Shown here piece after piece: positions 10,968-24,540 of a stretch of 64,000 bases of DNA. Each line of letters opens with the position of its first letter. The first letter of the stretch is position 1. The position numbers were made by a program, and so were the translations under genes. The notes under the pieces are model-generated. The model saw only the letters and a program-made list of their open reading frames with translations. It ran no database searches and was not told the DNA's origin. This DNA comes from Lama glama (taxonomy: Eukaryota), in assembly GCA_028534125.1 (NCBI GenBank), contig CM052817.1:79176001-79240000 (forward strand), read 5' to 3'.

Positions 10968-13641
10968 CAACAAAAGGGTTTTAAAGGTCTGACTGCACAG
11001 GTAGTATCTCTGGTACTAAGAAATAAAACACTTGGTATTAATTCTCTATCTGTATCATCCACAGTTCACCCTTTATGCACTAGATAGAAGACCAAATAAT
11101 AAAAAATGCATCCCCAAATTAAAGGAATTTTTATTTTCTGCATAAAAAGAGACCAGATTCAGATATCAAAAAAAATGGCAGAAAAATTACAGGGCAGAAC
11201 ATGGAAAGGAAATTTATAACTTAATATTGTATGTGTCAAAGTGATACAAATACACAGAATGAGATGGGATCAGTAAGATGAAACTGAGATAAACATTTAT
11301 TTTGGGGCTTTCTAGTTGATTTCTTTTGGACCTGTTGCTTGTGATTGGGCTGCCAAGAATGAGGGTCTGCAGGTGAGTGGTTAGAACCAAAGGCAGAAGG
11401 GTCAAACATGCCCACTGCTGAGGAGGGTTTGGGAAATAAGCAATGAGGAAGATGCCTGCAGAGAGGGGAGGCAGTTCTCCAGGGGAGGTCAAAATTTGTA
11501 TTAAGTGAACTACAAGTAAGGAACCAATCTACCAAATATTAATATTTCATTCTTCCTACCAGGAGGTTCACTCATTCATATTTAGACATGTTATTTTCAA
11601 GGGATCATATCTGGTAAATTGGACTACTTTGCTTCGGCAAGCCTGGATTCCTGGGGTTCTAACAACATGTCTCCTTGAAACTCAAGAAGCCCTCTTCTGG
11701 ACCAGAAGTTATACCAGTGCCTTGCAGTTCTAATGGGTTGCTTCTTGTGCCAAGACTGTCCAGTCATAGAGATACTGGAGCCCTGCACTGGTCTCTAAAC
11801 CTCTCATGTGGAGTCAGAGTGCACCCATGAACAAAGCCCATCTGGAGTCACTGAAGGTTCATCACTAAGTATCAGGTACACAGCTCCTCACCCACACCAA
11901 CCTTACCTTATACGTAATTCACCCAGTACAGACTGTGACCCCCTCCCCCTGCCACACAAATATAGAATGGCCACTAACATGTCACATCTCTGAGGACATC
12001 TTCTCCATTGCTTATTACCCACCCTATCCTTGGAAATAGGCTTGTGTTGTTCCCTTTGCCTCTTTGTTCTACCCACCCACCCACAGTCTTTCTCTTTTGG
12101 CAGCTCAAAAGGACCTGGCACTCCTGATGTAACTACCGACAGAACTCTGCTTCGCCAAATCGGGTTCTGACACCATGCTCTGCTGCCAAGGTTCCTGCCT
12201 CGCTCCAGCTGTTCCCCTGTTTCTTTCCCAGCAGTGTGACGCCCACAGTGGGGAGCAGTGGAGAACTCAGCCCCCAGCATTCCTGTTTCTATCCCTGGGC
12301 TCTGCTGAAAGCTCCCAAGTCCCTGACACGACCAAGAGGTACTGTGCACAGGGCTTTCACAAAGTTTGGGCTAATCAAATGAGCAAGTTTGCTTTGTACT
12401 TTGGGACAGAAAGAATCTCATTATCTGGTGTCACAAGTCTTGAGCCAAAATAGACATTCTAGCCTGAGGCGAGTGGTCAGAGTGAAGCCACCTACTGCCG
12501 GTCTACAGGGCTGCTTTCTAAGAGTTCAGGTAGATGTGAGCCAGACATTTGAGGCTGCCCAGGCATACGTTGCTAGGCAGACCTTGCACCTGTCCCTGGT
12601 TTCTGTCTATCTATGCACACACAGCATCTCTGTCAAATTAAGGGGGAAAATATCCCACCACTCTAACACATTCACTGGCTTAAGTTTTATGTAACTCTTT
12701 CCACTGCTTATTGACATGGATTTATTTTTACATAAAGTCAATCAACTAGCTTGTAGTTCCTTCAGAACAGAGCTCAAAGTATTGCCATTTAAAACCACTT
12801 CATCAACATATACACTGATCACTTTCTCTGTGAAAAGCAGTTTCAAACTGCCTTCTCAAAACCTGATTACCAAAATATTGACTAATCTCCTGTAGAAAAA
12901 TAGAATGCACTGAGCAGCTTGTGAAATACATTTTGGATGGCTAAGTATGTTGTGGGGTTTTTTTTTTTTGAATTCTGTAAAATTTCCCAATTCTGAACAA
13001 ATTTCTTTATGCATCTTAAATCAATAGCCTGGCTGGATGGTACCTGGTGCTTTGCCTCACCTCAGCTGGTTTGGTATCCTCCATATTGTTGTATATGGTA
13101 AAAACACTATCTGTCCTTCTTGAGAAGGTTATGAAACTATTTTGAAGGAGGGTGGTTTCATTGAAATTTTATTTAATTTATGCACAGTTGGCAAAGATTC
13201 TGGAAAATAATCATGTTTAATAGCTTTTTCATAACAAGTATGTATGACTATTTAAAATAAAATGACATTTTCTAATTTAAAGAGGATATTTATTTGTTTA
13301 TTAAGTCCATCATAATCATGTTAGTGGTACTTTCATACAAAATATGAATAGTGATCTATCTTGTTAGACACAGTGAACACTCATATCTCCCCTGCCAAAG
13401 AGGAGAAAGAATGAAATTTAAAAATGTCTGGCCTTTGGCAAGTTACCTTATTTATTCAAGCATTAAAATCCTCATCTACTCAGGGTTGCTGGGAAAATGA
13501 AATGTGTGGAGGTGGTTTTGAACAATGCCTGGAGCACGGTAGGAATGGATGCAAAGGTAACTGAAGAATACTTTTTCTGGGTCACACAATGTAGGCTTGC
13601 GGCTCCCAGTAAATATGCCCCTATCTTACTCTTGACGTTCT

Positions 13642-14890
13642 CTCATTTATTCAGGATTTACTAAGTACTTGCCAAGTTTCAGGCTCAGGTACTAAGGATA
13701 AAAAAGTGGTAAAACATTCTCCCGGTGGAGCTGAGTGAGAGACACAGCCATGTGAACAGACCACTTTAAATGCAGGCTATGAATGCCCTAGCAGCACAGT
13801 CTGGGTTTTCAGCAAAGACTTCCTTTCTCTGAGCTGAACTGTGAAGAATGGATAGGAGTTGGCCAGACAGACAATGTGGGGGAAAGTATTTCAGGCAGGG
13901 AAAATCCTAATGCAAATGCCTGCAGGTAAGAGAGAATTTAGAGAGAATCTGAGTAACTGAAAATAATTCAGTAAAGTTTAAGATTGGGTAAAAAACAGTA
14001 GTGTTCACAGATGGGACTGAGGAAATAAACAGGGATCAGATTATAAAAGGCATTGTAAACCATGGTGCAGAGTTTGGAATTTATCTTAAAAGCAATGGAA
14101 GTCAAGGAAGGGCACTGTGTAAAACAGTGCGGTCTGATTTATGTTATAGAAGCATTACATATAACGTGGAAAATGATCTGAAAGGCAAGACTGGGAGGCT
14201 GAGTTGGCAGCTGATACAATAACTGAGGCAAAAGATGATAGTGACCTCAATTACGGTCATGATGATAGGGTCAGAGAAGACAAATGGGTAGGTGGTTAGC
14301 AGGCAGTCTCAACTGGACTTGGTGATTTATGAGAAGAAGTGACTGTGATGATAAGGGAGCCAAGGATGACACCCTGGTTTACTGGCTACTGGGATGCTAC
14401 CATTCGCTAGAGGGAATATAAGGAAAAACAAGCTTAGGAGGAAAGATAATGAGTTCAGTTGTGGATACAATGAATTTCAAATGTCCATAGAATATCCAGA
14501 GACATGCAGAGTTCAAAAGAGGGCAATCCTGGTACAATACATTTGGGAGTAATCAGCAGGTAGCTGGTAATTGAAACCATAGAAGTAGAAAGCCAGGGAG
14601 AATATATAAAGGGAGGTATTTTCTGGGACAGAATCCCATAAAACACTGACACTTAATAGATGAACTGAGGAAGAGGAATCCCCAAAAGGGATTGAAAAGT
14701 CTTGGCCAAACAGGTAGAAAACTCAGGAGAATTACAAGTCACTAAAATCAAGAGAAAAAAGTATTTCAAGAAGGTTCACCAAAGTCACAGGAAACAAGAA
14801 GACAAATGATATCAAGTGGTACAGAAAAGCCAAGTAAGAAGCTTTGATTTTGATTAGGTTTAATAGCAAGGAGGTGTAAGTCAATCTAAG
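13642..14890 (-). mobile_element. L2 LINE fragment
   Basis: Antisense L2 3' end (tcatttattca...tttactaagtacttgccaag) followed by typical purine-rich L2 body. Confidence 0.75.
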
Positions 14891-16417
14891 TTTCATAAAC
14901 ACAACAGAGACACTTACCTGCATATACACATACTTGACAGGCTTTAAATCCTCAAATAATAGGTTATGTTCCTCTAGGATCCACCAAGTCTGCTCTATCT
15001 TGTTTTTTTTCTCTTACCACCCCATCCTTTGTAGCTGCGCTGGAACTCACCTGCAGCCCTCATCCAAACAGTAAAAGAGTAAAGAGCAGGGGGTGGGCTG
15101 CAACTTAAAGTTCAGTGACCAAAGCTTAATCCATTTCAGTGGTACCCTGATTCTAGCTGTTGTATGGAAACTCCCCAATGGAAACCACTCACTATCATTT
15201 TAAATGCAAATCGTAGAAATGAAATGATGACTTGATCAACTGAAGCTATGAATTTTAATGCTCATCTCATAACAACTCAATTGACCTTTGGAAACTTTAA
15301 GAAGGGAGGTCATGGACTATACATTTTAATATTTCAGAACTTTACTACTGGCTTTTGCTTTAGGCAATACTATTTATAGACAGAAAACAAAAGTATGCAT
15401 AGCTTAACTTCCTTGCTATATTTAGATGATCAGAATTATTAAGGAAAACATGCATTTGGAAAGCTTTGCTGCAAAGAAAATGACCTATTTTCAAAGCCCA
15501 ACTATAACTCAGAAATTCACATGTATAAAAAGTTTTAATTTGTCAAGGGGTTCAATGTATAAAAATTCTACATTTCCTTTTTTTTTACTCCTTTAAAACA
15601 TATGGTTTAGTTAAAAGAAATAGGATTTATTTAGATAGCAGAAGAATGTCAGATTATATGACTCATATCCTACCTAAATTTTTCTGTTCCTGTTGGAAAA
15701 TTTCCTCTAACAGATGAGTAATCTTATTTTATGCTGGATCAGCCCCACAATTTGATATAGTTATGGGTTTGAAATAGGAGTTGCTAGTTGTATGATTCAA
15801 ATGCTCTTTGAGTACAATATAGTTATCCCATTCCTTTAATAAAAAATTGAAATTATATAGAAGATCTCTAACAGTCTTTATCACTAATGAAGTATACCAG
15901 TGATGTAAATCAGATTTTCATCCTGAATAGAGTTAGAAGTTCCCCAAATTCCAAAAAAAAAAAACAGGAAAAAGGTAAATATGTAAATAATGAGCTTGAC
16001 ACTGATTGCAAGCAAAATCTAAAATAGATTCTCAAACAGATGGTCTGTGAGCTTTTAGAAATGTAAGAAGTGACCATCAAAAGCCAGCATGGGCACAGTA
16101 CAAACAAATTTTGCAGGGTAATCCAATGTCCTATCAAAATAGGGTTATTGGACTAATGGATTTGCAAAGCTGATATAATATACACAAGGGGACCTAAAAA
16201 GGTAAAACTAATTGAATTTTTTTAAGTTACAGAAAAAATAAAACTAATCAAACTATTCAGTCTTAATCCAGTATGCAGGTATTCTATTTACTATGATATA
16301 ATTTGTATGACTTTCAAATATTTTTTGAGCACTTACTTTGTGTCTTGCACTGTGCTAAGTGCTTATACATCACCTCTTAATACAGTTCTACCTATGAGGT
16401 AGAAACTATTAGTTATC

Positions 16418-16626
16418 AGGGAGGAAAGGAGGTGGGGAGGGATAAATTGGGAGTTTGACGTTTTCAGATACCATTATATATAAAATAGATAACAAGATCC
16501 TACTGAACAGCACAGGGAACTATATTAAATACCTTGTAATAGTCTATAATGAAAAGGAATATATGTATGTATAAATGAATCACTATGCTGTACACCAGAA
16601 ATTAACACGACTGTATTTCAATAAAA
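16418..16626 (+). mobile_element. Cetartiodactyl-type L1 3' end
   Basis: gggataaattgggagttt ... agcacagggaactatatt ... gctgtacaccagaaattaacac ... aataaa. Confidence 0.8.
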
Positions 16627-16649
16627 TACTTAGTTCACACACACAAAAG

Positions 16650-16900
16650 GCAGTGGAGTGTATGGCTTAAGCGCACAGACTTGCAGCCACTCAGCATCCA
16701 TTCAAATCCTGACTCTGTCACTTAAATGGCTGAGAAACCTTGAGAAAATCACTTGATCTCTGCCTCGTGTTGATCATCTGTAAAATGGGGATGGTAATAG
16801 TAACTCCCTTGAGAAGAGGCTATGATGATGAAATGAATTAATGCATGCAACACCTTAGAAAAGTATCTGGAACATCATAAATGCTATATGAGTGTCAGCT
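16650..16900 (+). mobile_element. MIR SINE
   Basis: ttcaaatcctgactctgtcactt ... catctgtaaaatggggatggtaatag MIR core. Confidence 0.75.
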
Positions 16901-18262
16901 GTTAACAACTCCATTTTGGAGAAGACGACGCCTCCAACACACCAGTTTCCCAAGTCAGGATCTAAACTCAATGCTGAGGCAAAGGCCCATGCCCTGAACC
17001 TCTATAAAAATTACACTTTAAAAAATGTGTGACATTCTTAGATGATTTCAAATAACCCTTGACATCCACCCACTTCTCAATATCTTTGTTTTAACAATGT
17101 ACCTTATACCTAAGGTATTTGGGAAGCTATTTCTGGGCTCCTGTTCTGAAACTTCCTAGAAGCCAGAAAAGCTTCTTAGGAAATTGGGTTTGCAAATTTG
17201 AAAGCTACAACCTTCACATGTCAAAGACATATTATTATACCTCTGGAGAGTGACATGTGTTGACCTCATTTAATAAAGAGTAAATATTGTAATAGAGGAA
17301 ACTTAGTTAAGAACCACAGCTGAAGTTTATTATTGCTAAATATGGGCCAAGGCCTGTTCTAAGTGCTTTTCACATATTATTTATCCCCATGACTACTTTA
17401 AGAGGGTATTATCAGCCCCATTTTTTTTTCCAGAGAGGTTTACACTTGCCTAAGGTCACCCAGCTGGCAGGTTGAAGCACTGGGATTTAAAACAGCTAGT
17501 TGGATCCTGGGCTCTTTATTGACTAAACTCCCTTTCATGGAACCACGTCCAGGTGTGCTGAGTACTTGCCGAAGAACCTCAAAGTCACCCTATTTGTTTC
17601 CAGTGAGCTTCCTCACAGCCTATTTGGTGATTTAGAATACTGAAGTCCGCTGACTTAATCATTCATTGCCCACGTTTGCAGGTTTCCTCAAACGCCTCCC
17701 TGTCACGGAGGCCGTCTTCCTGGTGACGCTGTCTGCACAGTGACCTCCCAGCCACTCTCCTTCACCCACGTCTAGTGTGGCTTTACTTTTCTTTCTCTCA
17801 TTTGTCACTGCCAGGCACTTTTCATTTGCATGTTTGTTAATTATTTTAGTGTCCACCTGTCTCTACAAGATAAGATCCAAGGGGCTTTGTCTATTTCTAT
17901 TTTGTTTACTACTTTATCCCAGTACTTAGAATAGAGCCTGGCACATAGTATGTTCACAAAAAATATTTCTATAAATGAATTCTTACATTTTTTACTATAC
18001 AGTCTAATTTTGTCAGTAATATCAGAAACAAAAATTAAATAAAAATGCCACGATTAGATGTAATATATGATCTCTATTAATTTCAGTCTCTCCTTCCAGT
18101 CCCCATTTCTAAGCAGATACTATTTCTTTTTACATATATGTACTCATACCAGAGCTTCCATTATGCCTTTTCAGATAACGTTACCAGATCACATAAGAAG
18201 TCCAATGCTGAATGGATTTTTGTTTGTTGGTTACTTTCAACAAATTATACTTTCAGGCTCAG

Positions 18263-18265
<3 letters not shown>

Positions 18266-18297
<32 letters not shown>
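18266..18297 (+). repeat. (TG)16 microsatellite
   Basis: Perfect TG run. Confidence 0.95.
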
Positions 18298-18300
<3 letters not shown>

Positions 18301-18708
18301 ATGAGTGTGTGTGTTTTAAGTAAAAGCAAAGTTGGTCAAGGATTTTCCATTTGCATATAGAAGTCATTTTTTCTCTGCATTTTACATTGGCCAAGGTAGA
18401 AATTACAGTGCCAGTTCAGTAGCGCTTAACTAAAACAAGATACTTGAGATACAATCTATGCTTTCCTTTCAGGCCACCTCTTAGAGATCATTAAAATATT
18501 TCCTGATCCCAAAAGAAAGCATACTTCAGTGATACAGATCTAACATATCTAATATTTCTTCATAAAATATTTTAGCAGTATTTTGATGAACTCAGAGGTT
18601 GTAAAAAAAATGTCAAATGGAGACTTTCTTTGCACTCTTAACAAGATTGGCCAGTGAAATGTGAAATCCAAATGTAATGCTTACCTGAGAAGAGTTTGTG
18701 GTAGAAAT

Positions 18709-19213
18709 TGCATTAGCTAATGTTGCATCTTAGTAGCTTAAACAAATATTTATTATCTCAGTTTCTGTGAGTCAGGAATACAGGCACAGCTCAGCTGGGT
18801 CTGCTTAAGGTTCTCTCCAAAGGCTGCAATCAAGATGTTGGCTAGGGCTAGGGTCTCATCTGAAAGCCTAATTTGGGAAGCATCTGTTTCCAAGCTCATT
18901 TATGTGACTGTTGGCAGTATTCAATTCCACCTGTCATGTGGACTGTGGGTCTTGATATCCACAAGGCTGCTGGCTGGAAGAACCCTTGGCTTCTCACCAC
19001 ATGAGCCCCCCAACATAGAAACTTGCTTCATCAAAGCCAATAAGCGGGAGAGTCTGATGGAGGATGCAAGCTGCGTTCCACCTAATTACAGAAGTGTCAT
19101 CCCCACAATGTTGAGATTTTCTATTGGTCAAAGGCAAGTCACTGAAAGGTAAAGGATTACACAGGCCCTGAATGCAAGGGATCACTGGGGCCAACTGGAG
19201 TCTGCCTACCACT
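18709..19213 (-). mobile_element. MLT1-family MaLR LTR
   Basis: tttattatctcagtttctgtgagtcaggaat ... caaggctgcaatcaagatgttggc ... gagtctgcctaccac, MLT1-like antisense consensus. Confidence 0.75.
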
Positions 19214-19919
19214 GAAATACTATTTCAAAGTATCACATTTTTGTTAAAGAGATGAGACCATGTGATACCACCTTCTGGCCTTGGCTGTCCACTGTGACCT
19301 CACTGGAGAATGAGCAACATCTGGCGTTTTCCCACTTCTGCTGAAGCTGCGCTTCTGAAACAACCTAAGCCTTTCTTCCTAGGCAACTTTAGGAAGAGGA
19401 AAACAGACTGAAAACAAGAAACACAGCAGAGACTTTTCCTCCTAAGCCATTCATTTGAATAAAGAGTTGGTCAATGATACAGGTGCAGCATCCCTGCACT
19501 TTGGGACTAAAGGAGAGTGGTTAATGTTGTACAAATGACAAAGTCTGTGAGAGTGTCTCAATCAAGAACCAACATCACTTCTGCACGTACAGTTTCTCTT
19601 ATTGCTTGTTAATAAAAGCTCAATACCAATCTGACTCTTGCCTGTATGCAAGCTTTGGGATTACAGTTGGATCTCATCATGTCTCTTTGCATTAATGAGC
19701 CCTACTTCATGGTTGTACTTCTAATTGTGTGTAAAGTCTAAGCATAAGAATTGAGTTTGGATAATCTAATTATAGCAGCTTTCTCTTCTATATAAATGTC
19801 AGTGGCAAAGTAATCAAGTGAGGAAAGTTAAGATCTTCACAGAGAAAAGAAATAAATGGGCCCAGTGTTAAGGTGAAGCTCATACACTTGGCATAGAAAT
19901 GGATTTCCACTTACAAGAA

Positions 19920-20145
19920 GCAGGTCAGTGCAGTGGTTATGAACACAGTCTCTTAAGACAGACTGCTTGGGTATGAATCCTGGTTCTGTGATTTGCTAGC
20001 TGTGTGACCCTGGACAAAGCACTCAATTTCACTGTGCCTTGGGTTTCTCCACCTGTAAAACAGAGATTATATTTTACCTACCTCATAGGGTAATTATTAG
20101 GATAAATACTTATAAGTGATTCAATCAAGGCCTGGCACATAGATT
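19920..20145 (+). mobile_element. MIR SINE
   Basis: gaatcctggttctg ... gctgtgtgaccctggacaa ... ctgtaaaa ... cctacctcataggg. Confidence 0.75.
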
Positions 20146-20199
20146 CTTTTATGTAAGAAACATGCATGTAACACTATTTTAAGTTTTTACTTCACGTGA

Positions 20200-22560
20200 C
20201 TTCTAGTTTCTGGTTCAGAATGTAGTTAGCTTGGAAGTGGTCACTCCTGTCCACACAACAAGACAAAAGCTGAAAAACTAAAAACCAATAACTTTTCTTA
20301 GATCCATCACAGAAGTGGGGTCACAGGACAAATCCTGCCACAAAATGTGGAGAGGCAGACAGGCAGATACAGAGAACTGCAGTTTTCCAAAGCAGACACT
20401 CACATATAGAAACTTCCATAGGAACCAGCCTGCGGTAGGAAACCTAAGATGTAATAGGCTACTTTCAGGAGGCTCAGTGTAAACAGGCTGAGAGTTAAAA
20501 ACTCCAGGAGGGAGGCTCTCACAGGGTGGCTCCTACACTTCTGTGAGTTTTACCTCCAGAAACCCTACCAGACTCTCACACTGAAGACTCGGGGAAAAAA
20601 ATCCCTTCATCCTTCTGGCAAGGGGAGGGGCCATTTTGATATAGGACCAGAACACTCTGTTCTTCTTAACAAGAACTGCCCCCAAGCGAAACTGTTTCCC
20701 CAGAGCTCAACAGATTGGGGTTTTACCAGAGCCTCACTAACCTGAGGAAAGAGAAAGACCCAACTCCATCATCTCTCTAGCATTATGGTTTCACCGAAGG
20801 ACCACTTGTAAAGGTTACAGCCCAGGGGCACTGGCTCACTAAAAACCTGAGAGCAATCACAAATGCTTCCCCTCCTCCACCTTACCAACATGTCATAAAA
20901 TGGCTACATATCCCAGTTACTTTTATCCAGTACACGATGCCTGGTTTTCAGAAACAAAAAATTACAAAGCGTATAAAAAACCAAAAAATATGGTCTGAAG
21001 GGACAGAGCAAACATTAGAACGTCTCAGATATGGCAAGGATATATATATAAAACAGATAAACAAGAAGTTCGTACTGTTTAGCACAGGGAACTACATTCA
21101 ATATCTTGTAGTAAATTATGGTGAGGAAGAATGTGAAAATGAATATATGTATGTTCATGTATGACTGAAGCATTGTGCTGTACACCAGAAATTGACACAA
21201 CATTGTAAACTGGCTATACTCCAATAAAAAATATATATAATATAAGAAAAATTTTAAAAATAAGCTAGGGCTTTAATAGAAAAAGTAGACAATATGCAAG
21301 AACATAGGAGACAATCTATATGATCTGGGTTTGGAGGTGACTTTTTAGATACATCAAAAACATAATCCATAAAAGAAGAATTGGTAAGTTGGACTTCATT
21401 AGAATTAAAAACTTCTGCTCTGTGAAAGACACTGTCAATAGAATGAGAAGACAAGCCACAGAATGAGAAAATATTACAAAAGTCATATCTAATAAAGTTT
21501 TATTATCCAAAATTTGCAAAGAACTCTTAAGACTCAACAACAAGAAAATGCAAAACTAACAAATGGGCAAAATATCTGAATAGATACCTCACCAAAGATT
21601 TACAGATGGCAAATAAGCATATGTATTTGCTCAACATATGTTCAACATCCTATGTCATTAAGGTCTTGCAAATTAAAACGAGATACCACTATAAACCTTT
21701 CACAATGGTCAAAATCCAAAACACCAGCAGCAAATGGTGGTTCAGATGTGGAGCAACAAGATCTCACCCATTGTTGGTGGGAATGCAGAATGGTACAGAT
21801 ACCTGGGAAGGCAGTCTGGCAGGTTTCTTAAAAAGCCAAACACACCCTTATAGTATAATTCAGCAGTTGTGCTTCTTGGTATTTACCCGAATAGTTGAAA
21901 ACTTATGTCCACACAAAAATCTGCATATGAATGTTTATAGCAGCTTTATTTATAATTGCCATAACTTAGAAGTAACTAAGATGTCGTTCATCAGGTGAAT
22001 GGATAGACAAATTGTGCTACACCTTTACAATGGATTATTTAGTAATAAAAAGAAGTGAGCTATCAAGTCACAAAAAGACATGGAAGAATCTTACATACAT
22101 ACTCTTAAGTGAAAGAAGCCAACCTGAAAAACCAAAATACTGTATGATTCCAATTATATGACATTCTGGAAAAGGCCAAAAAGAGGCAGTAAAAAGATCA
22201 GTTGTGGCAGGGATTAGGGGAGAGTGAGGAATGACTAAGTGGAGCACAGGTAATTTTTAGGGCAGTAGAACTATTTTGTATGATACAGTAATAGTGGATA
22301 TATGTCATTATACATTTGTCAAAACCTATCAAATGTGCAATATCAAGAGTGAACCCTAATGTAAACAATGGACTTTGTGTGATAATGATGTGTCAATGTA
22401 AATTCATCAGTTGTAAGAAATATACAGCACACTGATGGGGGACATTGATGGTGGGGGAAGCTGAATGTATGCAGTCGGGGGAGGCGGGGTATATGGGAAA
22501 CTGTATTTTCCACTCAAATTTTCTGTGTTCTTAAAAATGCCTATTAAATTTTTAAAATCT
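20200..22560 (+). mobile_element. Old L1M composite (5' part and 3' part), interrupted at about 21040-21250 by a younger L1 3' end
   Basis: L1M 5'-like sequence from 20200; decayed ORF2 C-terminus and L1MC-like 3'UTR 21315-22560; younger camelid-type L1 tail gctgtacaccagaaattgacacaacattgtaaact. Confidence 0.72.
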
Positions 22561-23029
22561 ATGTTGTCAAAATATAGCTCAGGTTTACATTGTAAATGAA
22601 AGTTATCCTTTTGAAAAATGAGTAAAGAGCAAGTTGGAAATCATTGTTTGGAAGTCACAACTTGCGCTGCCTAGCACAGTGTAGGAGGTCCCTAATTCCT
22701 TTTCTGCCTCTCCCTCAACCCAGAAATCTATAAGCCCTCAGTTAGCAGTACCCCTGGGGAAACTGGAGTGGATGACACCTGCAAGCATATTTTGCTTTTA
22801 TGTTTTTGCTTTTTTTCCCCAGTGTAGATGATCTTTATTGACAAGTGTTAAGGGTGCAAAACAGTAACAAATCCAGAGAGATGGGAAGGGAAGTGGGCAT
22901 GGCTCTCCTCCTCCATGTGAGGACCCTATAAACAGGCCAGTGGGATGGGAGCATTTGACTGTTTCCACTTTGGACCTAGCACCCACAGCGATGGACAAGA
23001 CCAGGTGTATCTCTTTCTCCATGAGATTT

Positions 23030-23212
23030 GGATCAGGGCTCCTTCAACTTTCGTGTGTATATGAATCATCTGAAGAGGCTGTTCAAATGGATTGCAGGGC
23101 CTCTTTTTGCAAAGTTTCTGATTCAGCAAGTCTGGAGTAGGACCCGAGAATTTGGATTTTCATGCTGCTGCTGGCCAGTGGATCATATTTTAAAGTCACA
23201 AGAATTTTGATC
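23030..23212. mobile_element. MER5-like hAT-Charlie MITE
   Basis: gaatcatctg ... agtttctgattcagcaagtctggagtaggacccgagaatttg ... gctgctgctggcc. Confidence 0.7.
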
Positions 23213-23899
23213 ATTTTGAAAGATAAAATCTGCTCAGTAAACGTTCTGGAATTTATAAAAGAGGAGCTTGGGACCAGCAATCTGGCTGAAAGGGACTGAG
23301 GAACTTCTTGGAAAGCTGTGTTTGCTTGACAAGCATGCCGTGTTTACTTAGAATCAGAGCTTAGTTGGTTGGACTCGGGTGATGGAGACTGTGAGGGGGG
23401 GCCTGAGCAAACCAGTAGCCCATGTTTTATTTTGCTCTCAGAGAGTTTTAACAGTATTTGTATCCCTTTAGATGGGTCATGTGTCTTGTAGGGAACCACG
23501 GTCTCCATCACTTCTGGCAGTCCCATAACTGGTCACCTTCAGCCATTTATAATCTGCCTGGACCCTGGAGCCATTTGACTTTGTAAACCCTGTACTAGAT
23601 GATCCTTCAGACTCCTTATAGCCTTAAAATTATGAGATGTTATCTGTAGACTTCTCTTTTGTGCGAGAGAGGAAGTTACTACTAACACAGAAAAGCGCCT
23701 TTGCCACCGGTTATTTTCAACTACATATCTTCACACTGCAATGAGGAAGTTTCAGGTAAAAATAGCTTCATGAATACTCTAATTCCCACAACAATATAAT
23801 CTAAGATGAACACAGGCATCTTCCTTTAAGAAAACTTGGTATATAAAATTAGAGATAGAAATTAATACATGTGTGAATAAACAAGGCAAAATATAAGTT

Positions 23900-24096
23900 T
23901 AGGGTTGCCAGATTTAGTTTAAAAATATAGGATGCCCAGTTACACTTGAATTTTAGGTAAACAACAAATTATGTTTTAGTATAAGTATGTGTGATGCAGT
24001 ATTTGGGGCAAATTGAAAACGCTTATACTAAAAAATCCTGCTGTTTATCTGAGATTCAATTGTAACTTAGCAGCCTGTATTCTATCTGGCAATCCA
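23900..24096. mobile_element. MER53-like palindromic hAT MITE
   Basis: Terminal inverted repeats tagggttgccagat / atctggcaatcca; internal inverted arms. Confidence 0.8.
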
Positions 24097-24540
24097 TACT
24101 AGTTTCCTATTGCTGCTTTAACAAATTATTTCAAACTTAGTGGCTCAAAGCAACTTAAATTTATTACCTTACATTTCTGAAGGTCAGAAGTCTAAATGTG
24201 TCCCCAAGGTGATGTTCATTTTGGAGGAGGAATCCATTCTTTCGCCTGTTCCAGTTTTTAGCTGTCCACATTCCTTGGTTTGTGGGCCCTTCCTCAGTTT
24301 TCAAAGCCAGAGATACAGCATCTTCTCTCATCACTAACCTCTGTTTCTGTTGTCTCATTCCCTTCCTCTCCCATCTCCCTCTTATAAGCACCCTTGTGAT
24401 TACATTGGGTCCACCTAGATAATCTCACCATCCTGAAATCCTTCATTTAATCACAGCTGCTAAATAACTTTTGCCTTACATAGTAACATAGATTCCTGGA
24501 ATTAGGACAGGGCATTGGGGGGGGCATTATTCTCACAACA
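24097..24540 (-). mobile_element. MLT1-family MaLR LTR
   Basis: tagtttcctattgctgctttaacaaatta ... ccttgtgattacattgggtccacctagataatc ... ggggcattattc. Confidence 0.8.

Noticed and set aside
11903..12694. 148-aa, 92-aa and 101-aa ORFs in intergenic DNA
   Set aside because: No recognisable domain or splice structure; the region looks like an old LTR-type repeat that I cannot name.
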